Source: an uncultured delta proteobacterium | GTDB taxonomy: Bacteria; Desulfobacterota; Binatia; JACPRU01 | NCBI GenBank assembly: GCA_963745025.1 | Contig: CAVUWD010000008.1 | Location: 160,001 to 224,000, forward strand | Direction: 5' to 3' | Length of the DNA stretch: 64,000 nucleotides | Shown: one piece after another, positions 20,070-30,446 of the stretch | Layout: the number at the start of each line of letters is the position of its first letter | Numbering within the stretch: position 1 is the first letter of the stretch | Notes under the pieces: model-generated | The model's input: the letters and a program-made list of their open reading frames with translations, nothing else | What the model was told of the DNA's origin: nothing | Databases searched by the model: none | Position numbers and translations under genes: made by a program

Positions 20070-20086
20070 TTGGCACGTTGGGTGCT
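20070..20086 (+). promoter_or_regulatory. Sigma-54 (-24/-12) promoter for the PaaK-like ligase
   Basis: TTGGCACGTTGGGTGCT fits TGGCACG-N4-TTGC with one mismatch, about 140 nt upstream of the ATG. Confidence 0.7.
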
Positions 20087-20227
20087 GGGTGAGGGAATGC
20101 AACTGTGGATCCACGCCTCACCCTTCCCGAAGAAGCCTGGAAACCCCGCCGGTCGCGCGGGAGAAGATCCAGAAGATGCTCGAGGCCGCGCGCCTCGCAT
20201 CGTTGTGTAAGATAAGGAAGAGCGCCC

Positions 20228-21595
20228 ATGAGTGAGGAACGTCCGTACTGGAACATGGAGGTCGAGCCGCTCCTGAACACGCCGACGATGCGTGCGCTGC
20301 AGTGGGAAAAGCTCCAGTACACGTTGCGGTTCGCCTACGACGAGGTGCCCTTCGATCGTGAACGCATGCAGGCAGCCGGGGTGACGCCCGCGGACATCCG
20401 GTCGCTCGACGATTTCGCCCGCGCTCTCAGGCCGTGCGGCCAGGCCGACTTCCGCACCGTCTTCGAGCGCTTCGACCTCGACATGGGCAAGGTCTGGCTC
20501 CACCTCTTCGGCCAGCGGCGGATGGACGATCTGTACTTGCTCACCACCACATCGGGCACCACCGGCGTGCCGACCCCGTACCCAGTGTTCCACCGGACCA
20601 CTGAACTGATGGCGGAGATCATGGCTCGCGTCGGCTGGCGGGCGAACATCCGGCCCGGGACGCGCCTGGCGGTGGGCTTCGGCCTGAGCATGCACGCGGC
20701 AGGCACGCCGCACCTGTTCTGGTTCATGAAGACCCGCGGCGTTACTCTGATCCCGATCGGCGCCGAGGCGGGCACCGAGCGCATGCTCCAGTTCCTCAAG
20801 CTCTTCAATGCCAACGCGCTCTCGTGCACACCGTCGCTGGCGCTGTACCTCATCGAGAAGAGCCCGGAAGTTCTCGGGCACCCCGTGAAGGACCTCGGCA
20901 TCCACACGCTCATGTGCGGCGCCGAACCGGGTGCCGGTATTCCCGAGATCCGCGGCCGCCTCGAGCAGGAGTACGGCGCCCGGGTATTCGACGTCGGGGC
21001 CGGATACGGCGTGTCGTGCGACCACCCACAGTACCAGGGCATGCACTGGGTCGCCGACGACTCCTGCCTGTACGAGTTGGTCGACCCCGAGACCTTCGAG
21101 CCCGTGCCGATCACCGACCGCGCGATCGGGCTCGCGTGTTTCACCCCGCTGCCGCCCGAGTCGGCGATCTTCTTCCATCATCTGCGCTTCACGCTCAACG
21201 ACATCCACCAGGTCTTCACGGATCCGTGCCCGTGCGGCCTGAGCGGGTTCCGGTACAAGATTGTTGGGCGCGCGGACGACATGCTGAAGGTGAAGGGGGT
21301 ACCAGTGTATCCGGCCGCCATACAGGGGGTCATCAACGGCTTCGTGCCGCGCGTCACTGGCGCCTTCCGGATCGTGCTGACGGAGAAACCCCCGCTCGTC
21401 GTTCCGCCGTTGAAGCTGAAGATCGAGCGCGGCGAGGGCGTCCCCGAGGCGGACGTGCCGGCTCTGCAGCGTGAGATCGAGAACAAGCTGCACACGGTGG
21501 TGAAGGTGCGTCCGGCGATCACCTGGCTGGAGCCCAACACGCTGGAGCGGGCGGTGAAGAAGACTCAGCTCCTCGAGAAGCAGTACGAACAATAG
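20228..21595 (+). CDS. Phenylacetate-CoA ligase family (PaaK-like) protein
   Basis: TTSGTTGVP, GAEPG, DPCPCG, GRADDMLKVKGVPVYP. Confidence 0.88.
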   Translation: MSEERPYWNMEVEPLLNTPTMRALQWEKLQYTLRFAYDEVPFDRERMQAAGVTPADIRSLDDFARALRPCGQADFRTVFERFDLDMGKVWLHLFGQRRMDDLYLLTTTSGTTGVPTPYPVFHRTTELMAEIMARVGWRANIRPGTRLAVGFGLSMHAAGTPHLFWFMKTRGVTLIPIGAEAGTERMLQFLKLFNANALSCTPSLALYLIEKSPEVLGHPVKDLGIHTLMCGAEPGAGIPEIRGRLEQEYGARVFDVGAGYGVSCDHPQYQGMHWVADDSCLYELVDPETFEPVPITDRAIGLACFTPLPPESAIFFHHLRFTLNDIHQVFTDPCPCGLSGFRYKIVGRADDMLKVKGVPVYPAAIQGVINGFVPRVTGAFRIVLTEKPPLVVPPLKLKIERGEGVPEADVPALQREIENKLHTVVKVRPAITWLEPNTLERAVKKTQLLEKQYEQ

Positions 21596-21855
21596 GGCTT
21601 GCGGGGCGTCGTCGTCGTAACAGTTCTACGAGAACGTGATCGCAACACGCGTCGCCGGTCAGTTCGCCCACCGCTATCTGGTTGGCCCGTCGTGGGGTGC
21701 AGGCGCCGGCGATCCAGCGTGGATCGTCCTTTTGCCAAGATGTTGACACGCTTACCCGATTATCTCTCGTCTGCTGCACTGATGCTCCGTGCGTCGCACA
21801 GCTTCAACATACGGGCCATCATCGACGTGATCGCCGGAACGAAGGAGAAGAATGC

Positions 21856-22278
21856 ATGCCGACACTCTTCACGAGGATCATCGAAGGTGAGCTTCCGGCT
21901 CGGTTCGTCTGGAAGGATGAGCGCGCCGTCGCCTTCCTGACGATCGAGCCGCTCCGTCCGGGCCACACGCTGGTCGTGCCGCGGAAGGAGGTCGATCACT
22001 GGCTCGACGCCGACGTGTCTCTTCGCAACCACCTGATGGCGGTTTGCCACGCGATCGGCGGGGCAATCGAGCGCGCCTATCGGCCGCCGAAAATCGGTCT
22101 GCTGCTCGCAGGGCTCGAGGTGCCACACCTACACTTTCACGTGTTTCCGCTTTACGAGCTTTCCGACATCGACATCGCGAAGGTGGACCGCCGGCCGAGG
22201 TCCGAGGATCTCGATGCCGCGGCAGAGAAGATCCGTACCGCCCTCGGTGAGCTCGGTTACTCCGAGGTCTCGCGCTGA
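21856..22278 (+). CDS. HIT family hydrolase
   Basis: MPTLFTRIIEGELP, PGHTLVVP, VPHLHFHV. Confidence 0.92.
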   Translation: MPTLFTRIIEGELPARFVWKDERAVAFLTIEPLRPGHTLVVPRKEVDHWLDADVSLRNHLMAVCHAIGGAIERAYRPPKIGLLLAGLEVPHLHFHVFPLYELSDIDIAKVDRRPRSEDLDAAAEKIRTALGELGYSEVSR

Positions 22279-22473
22279 AGGAGGCCTTTCGAGAAAGTGA
22301 CTTCGATCGGGGGATGGATCGTTGTCAGATTGGATGAAGTGGCTGGCTACCTCACTCGCGAGGTCACGGTGATCGCGTGCCTCGATTTCACAACGCGGCC
22401 GCTTCGACGGCGAGTTCGTCGTAGGGACACCTACCTGGGTTTCGGGCCTCCCCTGCGCCGGCCGGAGAACAAG

Positions 22474-24378
22474 CTACCTCGCGGCCGAGAGCTCCGCACG
22501 GATTGACCCATCGACGCTCACCTCGAGCAGGATCAATGTCCCGGCTTCGGATCGACGCCACCACCCCTCGCGACGATAGAGGTACTTTCCGATCCGCGGT
22601 TGCCAAACTCCCAAGCGCATGGAGTAGGCGCCGGCCGGAGCCGATTGGGGTACGCTCACGCGGCGCGTATCCTTGATAGTCTCCCCGGCTTCCCAGCTTC
22701 CCGTACGGTGCTGGGGCACTCCTAGAATGTGGTCGTCCTGGAATCGGGAGCCGGGCCCGTCGAAATGGACAAAGGCCGCGTAGTCCGACCTCATTCTTCG
22801 CTGCGCCTGCCAGTAGTATGTGACGTCGAATTGCCGCGGCCCGACGGCCAGAAAATCGTAGCCGACGAGCGTCAAGAGGCCTGCAAAATCCCAGCCGACT
22901 CTCATCATCGGCGTGAAACGCTCAATTTCCAGGCGCTCCATTTCCTCGACGCCGTCCATCCTCTTGGCAAGCTCATACTCGTCCCGAAGTGCATTGATGG
23001 CACGATCGCTCCACGGCTCGCCCTCGATTTGTTCGCGGCGGTACCGCTCGAGAAGCGCGCCAACCGGTATCGGTATTCCGAGCTTTCGCTTCACAGTAGT
23101 CGTCACGCGCCAGTAGACTGGGTTGACGAGCTGGTTGTCGGTCCAGGACCAGAGTCGTCGCGGAGCCCTATCGACGTCCAGCGGATGCGCGTTCCAGCCG
23201 ATGTCATCCCAGAAAGCGCCGATCGAGTGCGTTCCGACGGACCAGAGGAGGGCGGCGACAAAGGCGGCTTTGATCCACCGGCTGCGGTTCAAGTCGTTGC
23301 GAAGTGGATAGAGGGCCAACGCGAGCAGGGGAGTGAGGTCGGCCAAGAGCCGCGGCCCGAAGGTGTGTCCACCCCACCAAGGCCACCACCTGCAGTACAG
23401 GAACACGACGAGCAGCGCCCCTACGCCAACGGCGCGAAGAAGAGGATCCCCGCCCCTTCTCCATGCCATTCCCAATGTCACGAGGGAAAAAAGAAAGATC
23501 GGCGAGTAGATGAACAATCCCCGTCCTGGACTGAACAGCAATCCGGAGAGTCCCTCCCAGAATCGCCCCGTCCAATGTTCCCCTTGGAGAATCGGAGCCT
23601 GGGTCCAGAACGCACTTCCCTGGTAAGTGACATTGTACCAGAGTTGGAATGCTATGGGTGGAAGAGCGAAAACCAGCAGATGGCCGACTTGTTTCGGATA
23701 GTGGAGCAGAACATAGAGGCCGAGAGGCACGGCAAGGAGCAGATCAGTGGGCCTGGAGATGATGGCAAACGCCAGAGGAAATCCGCTGACTGCAACCCAT
23801 CCCTCTGCCTCGCGCCCCTTCACGAGGAAATAGAGCGCCGCTGCGAGCCCGAGTTGGCTCGGGCCATGCTGCCAGAGAGCCTGGCTGCTGACGCTCAAGC
23901 TGCTCGTTCCAAATGCATAAGCCCCGGTGACGAGGAGTGCCATTCGGAGGGTCGTCAACCGGACGAGAGCGAGATACAGAAAGACGGCCGAGAGAGCGAC
24001 GATCGCGGCCGCCGAAGTCTTTTCGAGATCCTCCCAGACGGGGCTTTCGGGCGCTTCGCCTCTGAGCACCGCAGGGAGATAGATCGGAACCGCAAGCACG
24101 GCGCCGGTCACGGGATAAGACGACACGTACGTGCCCCTGAAATGGCGGACGTAATACGGGAGTTTTGGCGAATAGAGGAAGGGGAAGCCGTCCAAGTAAA
24201 AGCTGCCGTGCCGCAATATGCTCACGGGCAGATAGCGATTCGGTGTGGTATCGCCCGACGGAATCGCGTGCCCATTGAGAAGGTAGCCACCCAGCACCAG
24301 AGCAAATAGGCAGATCGTTTCGAGGAGTGTCCGGCGGCACCGAGCGAGCGACCGCGGCGGTGTGCCGTTGAAGAGCAT
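22474..24378 (-). CDS. GT-C-type membrane glycosyltransferase with a periplasmic C-terminal Ig-like domain
   Basis: SGDTTPNRYLP, SQALWQHG, LFSPGRGLFIYSP, WWGGHTFGPRLL; C-terminal YAAFVHF...DH...WEAGETI. Start uncertain (ORF extends to 24537). Confidence 0.72.
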   Translation of the reverse strand: MLFNGTPPRSLARCRRTLLETICLFALVLGGYLLNGHAIPSGDTTPNRYLPVSILRHGSFYLDGFPFLYSPKLPYYVRHFRGTYVSSYPVTGAVLAVPIYLPAVLRGEAPESPVWEDLEKTSAAAIVALSAVFLYLALVRLTTLRMALLVTGAYAFGTSSLSVSSQALWQHGPSQLGLAAALYFLVKGREAEGWVAVSGFPLAFAIISRPTDLLLAVPLGLYVLLHYPKQVGHLLVFALPPIAFQLWYNVTYQGSAFWTQAPILQGEHWTGRFWEGLSGLLFSPGRGLFIYSPIFLFSLVTLGMAWRRGGDPLLRAVGVGALLVVFLYCRWWPWWGGHTFGPRLLADLTPLLALALYPLRNDLNRSRWIKAAFVAALLWSVGTHSIGAFWDDIGWNAHPLDVDRAPRRLWSWTDNQLVNPVYWRVTTTVKRKLGIPIPVGALLERYRREQIEGEPWSDRAINALRDEYELAKRMDGVEEMERLEIERFTPMMRVGWDFAGLLTLVGYDFLAVGPRQFDVTYYWQAQRRMRSDYAAFVHFDGPGSRFQDDHILGVPQHRTGSWEAGETIKDTRRVSVPQSAPAGAYSMRLGVWQPRIGKYLYRREGWWRRSEAGTLILLEVSVDGSIRAELSAAR

Positions 24379-24571
24379 TCCTTGCACGTTGCCAACGTGA
24401 TGCCTCACCACTTTCGTGTGCGCAAACGGCGCGTCGTGCGTTTCGCGCCTGGGATATCCGTTATTAGCGCCCGAAGTTGACGTCAGTTCCGATGTCAGAC
24501 GCCAACACGACCGCTCTCCCGCCTCGACGGGGCGCACAAAGGTACGGCGGCGGCACCAGCGAGCTGTGATG

Positions 24572-25885
24572 TCAGAAGATCAGCTGCACGCGCGCACCGA
24601 GGACGGTCGCGGTGGCGATGTACTCGCGAGCGAGCAGGCCGGTGACTTGCCGCCTCTGACTCGGCCCGATCATTTGAACGTCCGGCGTCACTAGCATCCA
24701 CGGCGTGAGCGCGAGGTTGTAGAACGCCTCGAAGCCCCATTCATCGCGCAAGAACGACTTGACCACGAACGGACGCTGAAACGTCGGGTTGTTGACGCTG
24801 GTGTAGAAGTACCCGATGCCGAATCGATCGAAATCGCGGCTCGGGATCATACCCTTGCCGCCTACGCCGATGCTGTAGAAATACTGTTCCGGAATCGGAT
24901 TGCCTTCGGAAGCGCCGAAGCGTCCGAACAAGCCGACGCCCTTCCCGGCGCGCTTGTCGGTCTCGTATAGAAATTGGTCGAAGTTGTAGAACACGGACCA
25001 GGTATCGTCTTTCTTCGCCAGCGCCCGGTTCTCGATGACGAAGCCGAGACGCTGATCGATCGACGTGTACTCTCTGTTCGAATACAGCGCACCAACCAGT
25101 TGATGTCCGGTCAGCCCGAAGAAGTCGGTGCGCACCCGGCCCGAACCCGCGAATATCGCTCCGTTCAGATCATCGAACCCCGTCGTGCTGGCTTTGCCGG
25201 TGGCCGAGAGAACGGAGAAGTTGACGATGGCCTGGTCGGGATCCGCCGTCGGCAAGATGATCGCCCCCGTGCCCAACGTCGAGTAGGGTACCACTAGCGC
25301 CACTGGATTGATGTTGAAAGCCAGATTGAAAAACTGCGTATCGCCCTTGCCGTGGGCAAACTCGTTCTCGTCGCCTGTGGAGATCGTCTGGAGCTTCCCG
25401 ACGAAGACGCCGAAGTAGTGCGAAAGAAACTGCGCGAAAGACAAATTCGGTAGGGCGACGTTGTTGTCGATCGGGAGTGGAAAGAGCTGGTTGGTGTTCG
25501 CTGGATTGAGCGCGCCGGTCTTGCCGTTGACCGACTCATTCCAGTTCCCTTCCAGTTCGACGGTGAGGAATCCGCCCGGCCACAGTCCGAGCTTCTGGGT
25601 ATCGAGATTGGCGGTGAGATCGCCGCGGCCGCCGTATTCCCAACTCCCGTTCTTCCCGCCGCTGACGACGCCTTGCTCGATCTGGGTGAGGCTCGCATCG
25701 AAGGTGATGCCCTTCGCCGCCAGATCGTTGCGCGCACCACCCCAATCACCGGTCAGGGTCGAGCGGTCGAAAAAACCGCCTGAGTATGGACGAGTGGATA
25801 CCGCTTCCGCCGCCGTAGCGGGCGACCGGAAGGACATCCCCAGCAGAACCAGAACACTTGCGACGATCATTGACCGCCTCATCAT
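24572..25885 (-). CDS. OprB-family carbohydrate-selective porin
   Basis: Signal peptide, LTGDWGGARNDL, EAFYN..LTP...VTPDVQ, C-terminal Phe. Confidence 0.88.
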   Translation of the reverse strand: MMRRSMIVASVLVLLGMSFRSPATAAEAVSTRPYSGGFFDRSTLTGDWGGARNDLAAKGITFDASLTQIEQGVVSGGKNGSWEYGGRGDLTANLDTQKLGLWPGGFLTVELEGNWNESVNGKTGALNPANTNQLFPLPIDNNVALPNLSFAQFLSHYFGVFVGKLQTISTGDENEFAHGKGDTQFFNLAFNINPVALVVPYSTLGTGAIILPTADPDQAIVNFSVLSATGKASTTGFDDLNGAIFAGSGRVRTDFFGLTGHQLVGALYSNREYTSIDQRLGFVIENRALAKKDDTWSVFYNFDQFLYETDKRAGKGVGLFGRFGASEGNPIPEQYFYSIGVGGKGMIPSRDFDRFGIGYFYTSVNNPTFQRPFVVKSFLRDEWGFEAFYNLALTPWMLVTPDVQMIGPSQRRQVTGLLAREYIATATVLGARVQLIF

Positions 25886-26024
25886 TCTTACGCCCCCGTT
25901 GTCGGTTTCGAACCCGCTCCAGTCGATGCAGATTGTTCGCCGGTACGTGCTCCTGTTACCACTACGCGGGTGATGTCGCCAGCGAGAGTCCGGCCCGCTT
26001 TTCGAGCTGCGAGCGGGCGGCCCG

Positions 26025-26213
26025 TCAGCGCGGGGCGGGCCGTGAAGGGCTCCGGTACGCGACGAACTCGCGCAAATAGGCGAGGCTCGTTCCATACGTC
26101 CAGCCCGAGCCCGGGGTCTCGTCGGGAAAGCGCGTGCGCGACAGGCGCTCGCGAAGGTCGAGGAGAACAGTGTCCGGAACGGCGATGCGGAAGGTTCGAT
26201 CTGGATGCGGCAC
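26025..26213 (-). pseudogene. Epoxide hydrolase N-terminal (EHN) fragment
   Basis: FRIAVPDTVLLDLRERLSRTRFPDE..GWTYGTSLAYLRE; the catalytic domain is absent. Confidence 0.8.
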
Positions 26214-26220
26214 GTTCTAC

Positions 26221-26255
26221 TGTAGCCAGTAGCCCGAGGCCGGTAGGCTGTAGCC
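26221..26255. repeat. GTAGCC heptamer tandem repeat (REP/STRR-like)
   Basis: tgtagcc-agtagcc-cgaggcc-ggtaggc-tgtagcc. Confidence 0.55.
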
Positions 26256-26305
26256 ATTCCTTCCCTCTTGCGCCGCCTCTCCATCCGCGGTGTGATGGTT
26301 GGAAC

Positions 26306-28009
26306 GTGGTTCACGGAAACACCCTCGGTCTCGCGCCGAGCGAGCTTGCGGCTCTCGAGCGCCTCTACCGAAGACGCGTGCCGCCGAATCGCGTGACGAG
26401 CCCCGAGCTCGCCCGTGCGCTCACCGAGCGCTCCGCTGAGATCGGCCGCCAGGTCGGCGTGCTCATCAACCGCCGCGGACAGATCGAGTTCGTGATCGTC
26501 GGTGAGGCGGGGAAGCTCATGCTGCCCGACCTGGGTCGGCAGCGCGCTGGCCTCGGTCGCTTGCGCGGTCTCCGCCTGGTGCACACCCATCTGCGCGGTG
26601 AGCCGCTGACGCATGACGACCTCGTCGACCTCGGGATGCTCCGACTCGACCTCGTCGCCGCGATCACGGTCGAGGAGGGCGGCCTTCCCGGTCTGGCCTA
26701 CCTCGCCCACGTCGTCCCCGATCGCCCCGACCGGCCGCTCGACGAGCGGCCGCTGTGGGAAACGCTCGCGCCGCTGCGAGTGCACGATCTGGACCTCGAC
26801 TTCGAGGAGCTCGTCACGTCCCTGGAGGCCGAGCTTTCGCGGTCGACCCGCTTGCGCGCGCCCGGCGGGAAGAATCGGGCCGTGCTGGTCGGCGTGGGGA
26901 CCGGGTTGCGCCAGGAAGCGGAGGAATCCCTCGAGGAGCTGAAGGAGCTCGCGCGCACGGCCGGCGTCACGGTCCTCGACACGATTCTGCAGAGCCGCAA
27001 GCAGCTCGACCCGCGCACGCTGATCGGGCGCGGCAAGCTCGAGGAGCTCAATCTGCGCTGCCTGCAGTACGGCGCGGAGCTGATCATCTTCGATCGCGAT
27101 CTGACCCCGGCCCAGATCAACACGATCGCCGAGGCGACCGAGCTGAAGGTGCTCGATCGCACCCAGCTGATCCTCGACATCTTCGCGCAGAGGGCCAAGA
27201 GCCGCGACGGCAAGATTCAAGTCGAGCTCGCGCAGCTCCGCTATCGCCTGCCGCGTCTGCGCGGCAAGGGCGATGCGATGAGCCGTCTCGCGGGCGGCAT
27301 CGGCGGCCGTGGCCCCGGCGAGACCAAGCTCGAGGAGGACCGGCGCCGACTGCGCGAGCGCATTCACCGGCTCGAGCGCGAGCTCGACGCGATCGCCGTC
27401 AGTCGCGCGATGCGTCGCAAGCAGCGCGGGCGGAAGAAGCTCCCGGTGGTGAGCATCGTCGGCTACACGAACGCCGGGAAGAGCACGCTGCTGTCGGCGC
27501 TCACGGGAACGCCCGCGTACGCCGACGATTTGCTGTTCGCCACACTCGACCCGGCGAGCCGCCGACTGCGGTTTCCTCGCGAGCGCGAGGTGATCATCAC
27601 CGATACGGTCGGTTTCATCCGCGATCTGCCTCCCGACTTGGCAGCGGCGTTCCGCGCGACTCTCGAGGAGCTGCAGGACGCCGATCTCCTACTCCACGTC
27701 GTCGACGTCTCGGACCCGCACTTCGAGGAGCACATGAACGCGGTCGACGCGATCCTCGACGACCTCGATCTCGGGCGTGTGCCGAAGCTCGTGGTGTTCA
27801 ACAAGGCCGATCGGCTGGGCAACGGGTCGGAGTGGCTCGCGACCCTCACCCACCGCCATCACGCCGTAGCGGTGAGCGCGCTGCGCGGGGAAGGGCTCGA
27901 TCGTCTCGTCGAGACGGCGGACGGGTTGCTCGGGGAGCCGCAGGTCACGGCGGACACGGCGCGTTGGAAACCGGCGACCCACCACCGGCTACCACCAAAG
28001 ACACCGTGA
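26306..28009 (+). CDS. hflX: GTPase HflX, long form with N-terminal extension
   Basis: [49 protein letters not shown]. Confidence 0.95.
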   Translation: MVHGNTLGLAPSELAALERLYRRRVPPNRVTSPELARALTERSAEIGRQVGVLINRRGQIEFVIVGEAGKLMLPDLGRQRAGLGRLRGLRLVHTHLRGEPLTHDDLVDLGMLRLDLVAAITVEEGGLPGLAYLAHVVPDRPDRPLDERPLWETLAPLRVHDLDLDFEELVTSLEAELSRSTRLRAPGGKNRAVLVGVGTGLRQEAEESLEELKELARTAGVTVLDTILQSRKQLDPRTLIGRGKLEELNLRCLQYGAELIIFDRDLTPAQINTIAEATELKVLDRTQLILDIFAQRAKSRDGKIQVELAQLRYRLPRLRGKGDAMSRLAGGIGGRGPGETKLEEDRRRLRERIHRLERELDAIAVSRAMRRKQRGRKKLPVVSIVGYTNAGKSTLLSALTGTPAYADDLLFATLDPASRRLRFPREREVIITDTVGFIRDLPPDLAAAFRATLEELQDADLLLHVVDVSDPHFEEHMNAVDAILDDLDLGRVPKLVVFNKADRLGNGSEWLATLTHRHHAVAVSALRGEGLDRLVETADGLLGEPQVTADTARWKPATHHRLPPKTP

Positions 28010-28106
28010 ACTCTTTGCCCGTAGCCGATGGCCGAAGTCGCTCCGGAGAGCTTCGTGACGCAGACGCTCTTGCCAAGGTCGCCGGGCTCGCGTAGCCCGA
28101 GCGCTC

Positions 28107-29491
28107 ATGAAGACCGGAAGCGAGTACAAGAATACGCTCGAGGACGGCCGGGCGACCTACTTCGAGGGCCGTCGCATCCACGATCTGGCGAATCATCCGC
28201 TGCTCGGCCAGTCGGTCGAGCTGGTGGCCCGTGGATACGACCGCTGGTACGAGCCGGGCGCCGAGGCTCGGAACCCGCTGATGACGATTCCGCGCTCCAC
28301 CGACGATCTGCGCGCGCGCATTGCGATGCAACACGGCGCCGACATGGTCGCACTCGTCACCTACCAGTCGGTGATGACGCTCACCACGACGGCGGCGAGA
28401 ATCGGCGACGCCCACCCGAAATACGTCGAGCGTATCCGCCGGTACGTCGAGCGCGCGCAGCGAGACGACATTCGCATCACCGAGTGCATCACCGACGCCA
28501 AGGGCGACCGGAGCCAGCCGCCGTCCAAGCAGGACGATCCCGACTGCTACGTGCGCGTGGTCGACCGCACGAGCGACGGCGTGGTGATTCGCGGCGCGAA
28601 GCTGCACATCACGGGCGCCTCGCTCGGACACGAGCTGATGATCATTCCGACCAAGGCGATGAAGCCGGGAGAGGAGGACTACGCGATCGCCTGCGCGGTG
28701 CCGGTGAACGCCAGGGGCGTGAAGATCGTCAACACCACCTTCGCGCCCCGCCACGAGGATGTCCGCTCCTTCCCGCTTTCGGCGCGGATCCACATGCCCG
28801 AGGGCTTCGTCATCTTCGACGACGTGTTCGTGCCGAACGAGCGCGTCTTCCTCGACGGCGAGGTCGGTCATGCCGCTGTCGTTCGCGCATTCGCTCGGTC
28901 TCTGGGAACGACTCGGCGGCCTCTCCGACATGGTCGAGCAGGCCGACCAGCTCGTCGGCTTCGCGCAGCTCATCGCCGAGGCCAACGGTCTCGCCTCCGT
29001 CGTTCACATCAAGGAGAAGATCTCCGAGATGATCATCCACGCCACGCTGCTGCGCGCGGCGCCTCGAGGCCGCGGTGACGAACTGCGAGGTCGCGGCCGA
29101 CGGCGCCGTGTTCCCGAACGAGCTCTACATGAACGCGGCCAAGTACCACGCGGCGGCGAACTACAACCTGATGGTGCGCCATCTCCACGACATCGCCGGC
29201 GGCTCGGTGCTGACGGCGCCCGCGATGAGCGATCTGGAGAACCCCGAGACCGGGCCGCTGGTACGCAAGTACATGCGCACCATGCAGGCGGTCGACGGCG
29301 AGTACCGCTTACGTCTGTTCCACGCGATCCGCGACGTCACCGCCGACGCCTTCGGCGGCTGGCGGATGGTGACCAACATCCAGGCCGGCGGCGGTCTGTA
29401 CGCGCAGCGCATCGTCACCCGGCGCCATTACGATCTGCAGGGCGCGAAGAAGAAGGCGCTCCGCGCGGCCGGGCTGCTGCCAGAAGAATAG
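28107..29491 (+). CDS. HpaB / 4-hydroxybutyryl-CoA dehydratase family flavoprotein, split by two apparent +1 frameshifts (about 28880 and 29062)
   Basis: TDAKGDRSQPPSKQDDPD, IRGAKLHITGA, FDDVFVPNERVFLDGE; continues in ORFs 28759 and 29075 (LHDIAGG). Confidence 0.8.
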
Positions 29492-29645
29492 CGCGCAGAG
29501 CCGCCTACGGAGAGCTCGGAATCGTTGCCCGGCGGTTCCGCAGCGCCGCCGACCTCCCGCCTCACCGGCGGCGGTGGCGCTAGGAGCGTGCGCCACGGAT
29601 CGCTCCCGTTGGGCGCGATCAAAGGGAATGCAACATCCTGCGGCG

Positions 29646-30395
29646 CTAGCGCGAAGGAAGGACGCGTCGGCGCGGCCGCTCGGCGCCGAACAGGCGCACG
29701 AGCGCGCCGAATACCCGGTCTGCGGTCGCGTGGAGATCGGTGATGCGCTCGCGGGTCTCTCGCCGGATCTCGTCGGGATGGATCTCGACGGCGAGACGTT
29801 CGATGTCATCGCGGTGGGCGGGGACTCGCAGCCACCGCTCGATCAACGGCTCGTCCACCTCGAGGTGGAACTGAAAGCCGTAGACGTTGGTGCCGTAGCG
29901 GAAGGCCTGATGCGTGCACCGCTCGGAGCTCGCCAGGTGGACGCCGCCGTCGGGCAGGTCGAAGACGTCACCGTGCCACTGGAAGAGCCGGGTCTCGCCG
30001 CCGAGGTGGCCGAGCAACGGATCGCTTCTTCCCTCGTCGGTGAGCGCGACGTCGTGCCAGCCGATCTCCTTCTTGGCGCCTGCCCGGACCTCGGCGCCGA
30101 GGGCCTTGGCGATGAGCTGCGCGCCGAGGCAGATTCCGAGAACCGGGATCTGTCGATCGATGGCATCGACCACGAGCTCCATCTCCGTGGCGAGATGCGG
30201 ATGGCGATCGACCTGATCGACGCTCATCGGACCGCCGAGGATCACGAGCCCGTCGTAGCCTTCGAGAGTCGGTCGGACGTGCGGGTCGCGGCCGAAGTTC
30301 ACGTAGCGGATGCGAAATCCCGACTCGCGCAGCTTCGGGTCGAGCGTTCCGAGCGGTTCGTAAGGGACGTGCTGGCAGACGAGCAGCTTGGGCAT
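29646..30395 (-). CDS. Class I glutamine amidotransferase (GMP synthase-like)
   Basis: LGICLGAQL, FQWHGD, QFHLE catalytic triad. Confidence 0.9.
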   Translation of the reverse strand: MPKLLVCQHVPYEPLGTLDPKLRESGFRIRYVNFGRDPHVRPTLEGYDGLVILGGPMSVDQVDRHPHLATEMELVVDAIDRQIPVLGICLGAQLIAKALGAEVRAGAKKEIGWHDVALTDEGRSDPLLGHLGGETRLFQWHGDVFDLPDGGVHLASSERCTHQAFRYGTNVYGFQFHLEVDEPLIERWLRVPAHRDDIERLAVEIHPDEIRRETRERITDLHATADRVFGALVRLFGAERPRRRVLPSR

Positions 30396-30446
30396 GCCTG
30401 GGCGTGGGGGAGTATGCCCCGCTTGACCCAAGTGTTCTAGAGCTTC

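Noticed and set aside
25929-25946. Possible sigma-54 site upstream of the porin
   Set aside because: GG-N10-GC spacing is present but the match to TGGCAC/TTGC is weak.
24572-27367. 931-aa minus-strand ORF as one protein
   Set aside because: Only the last 437 aa (porin) are credible; the rest is antisense to hflX.
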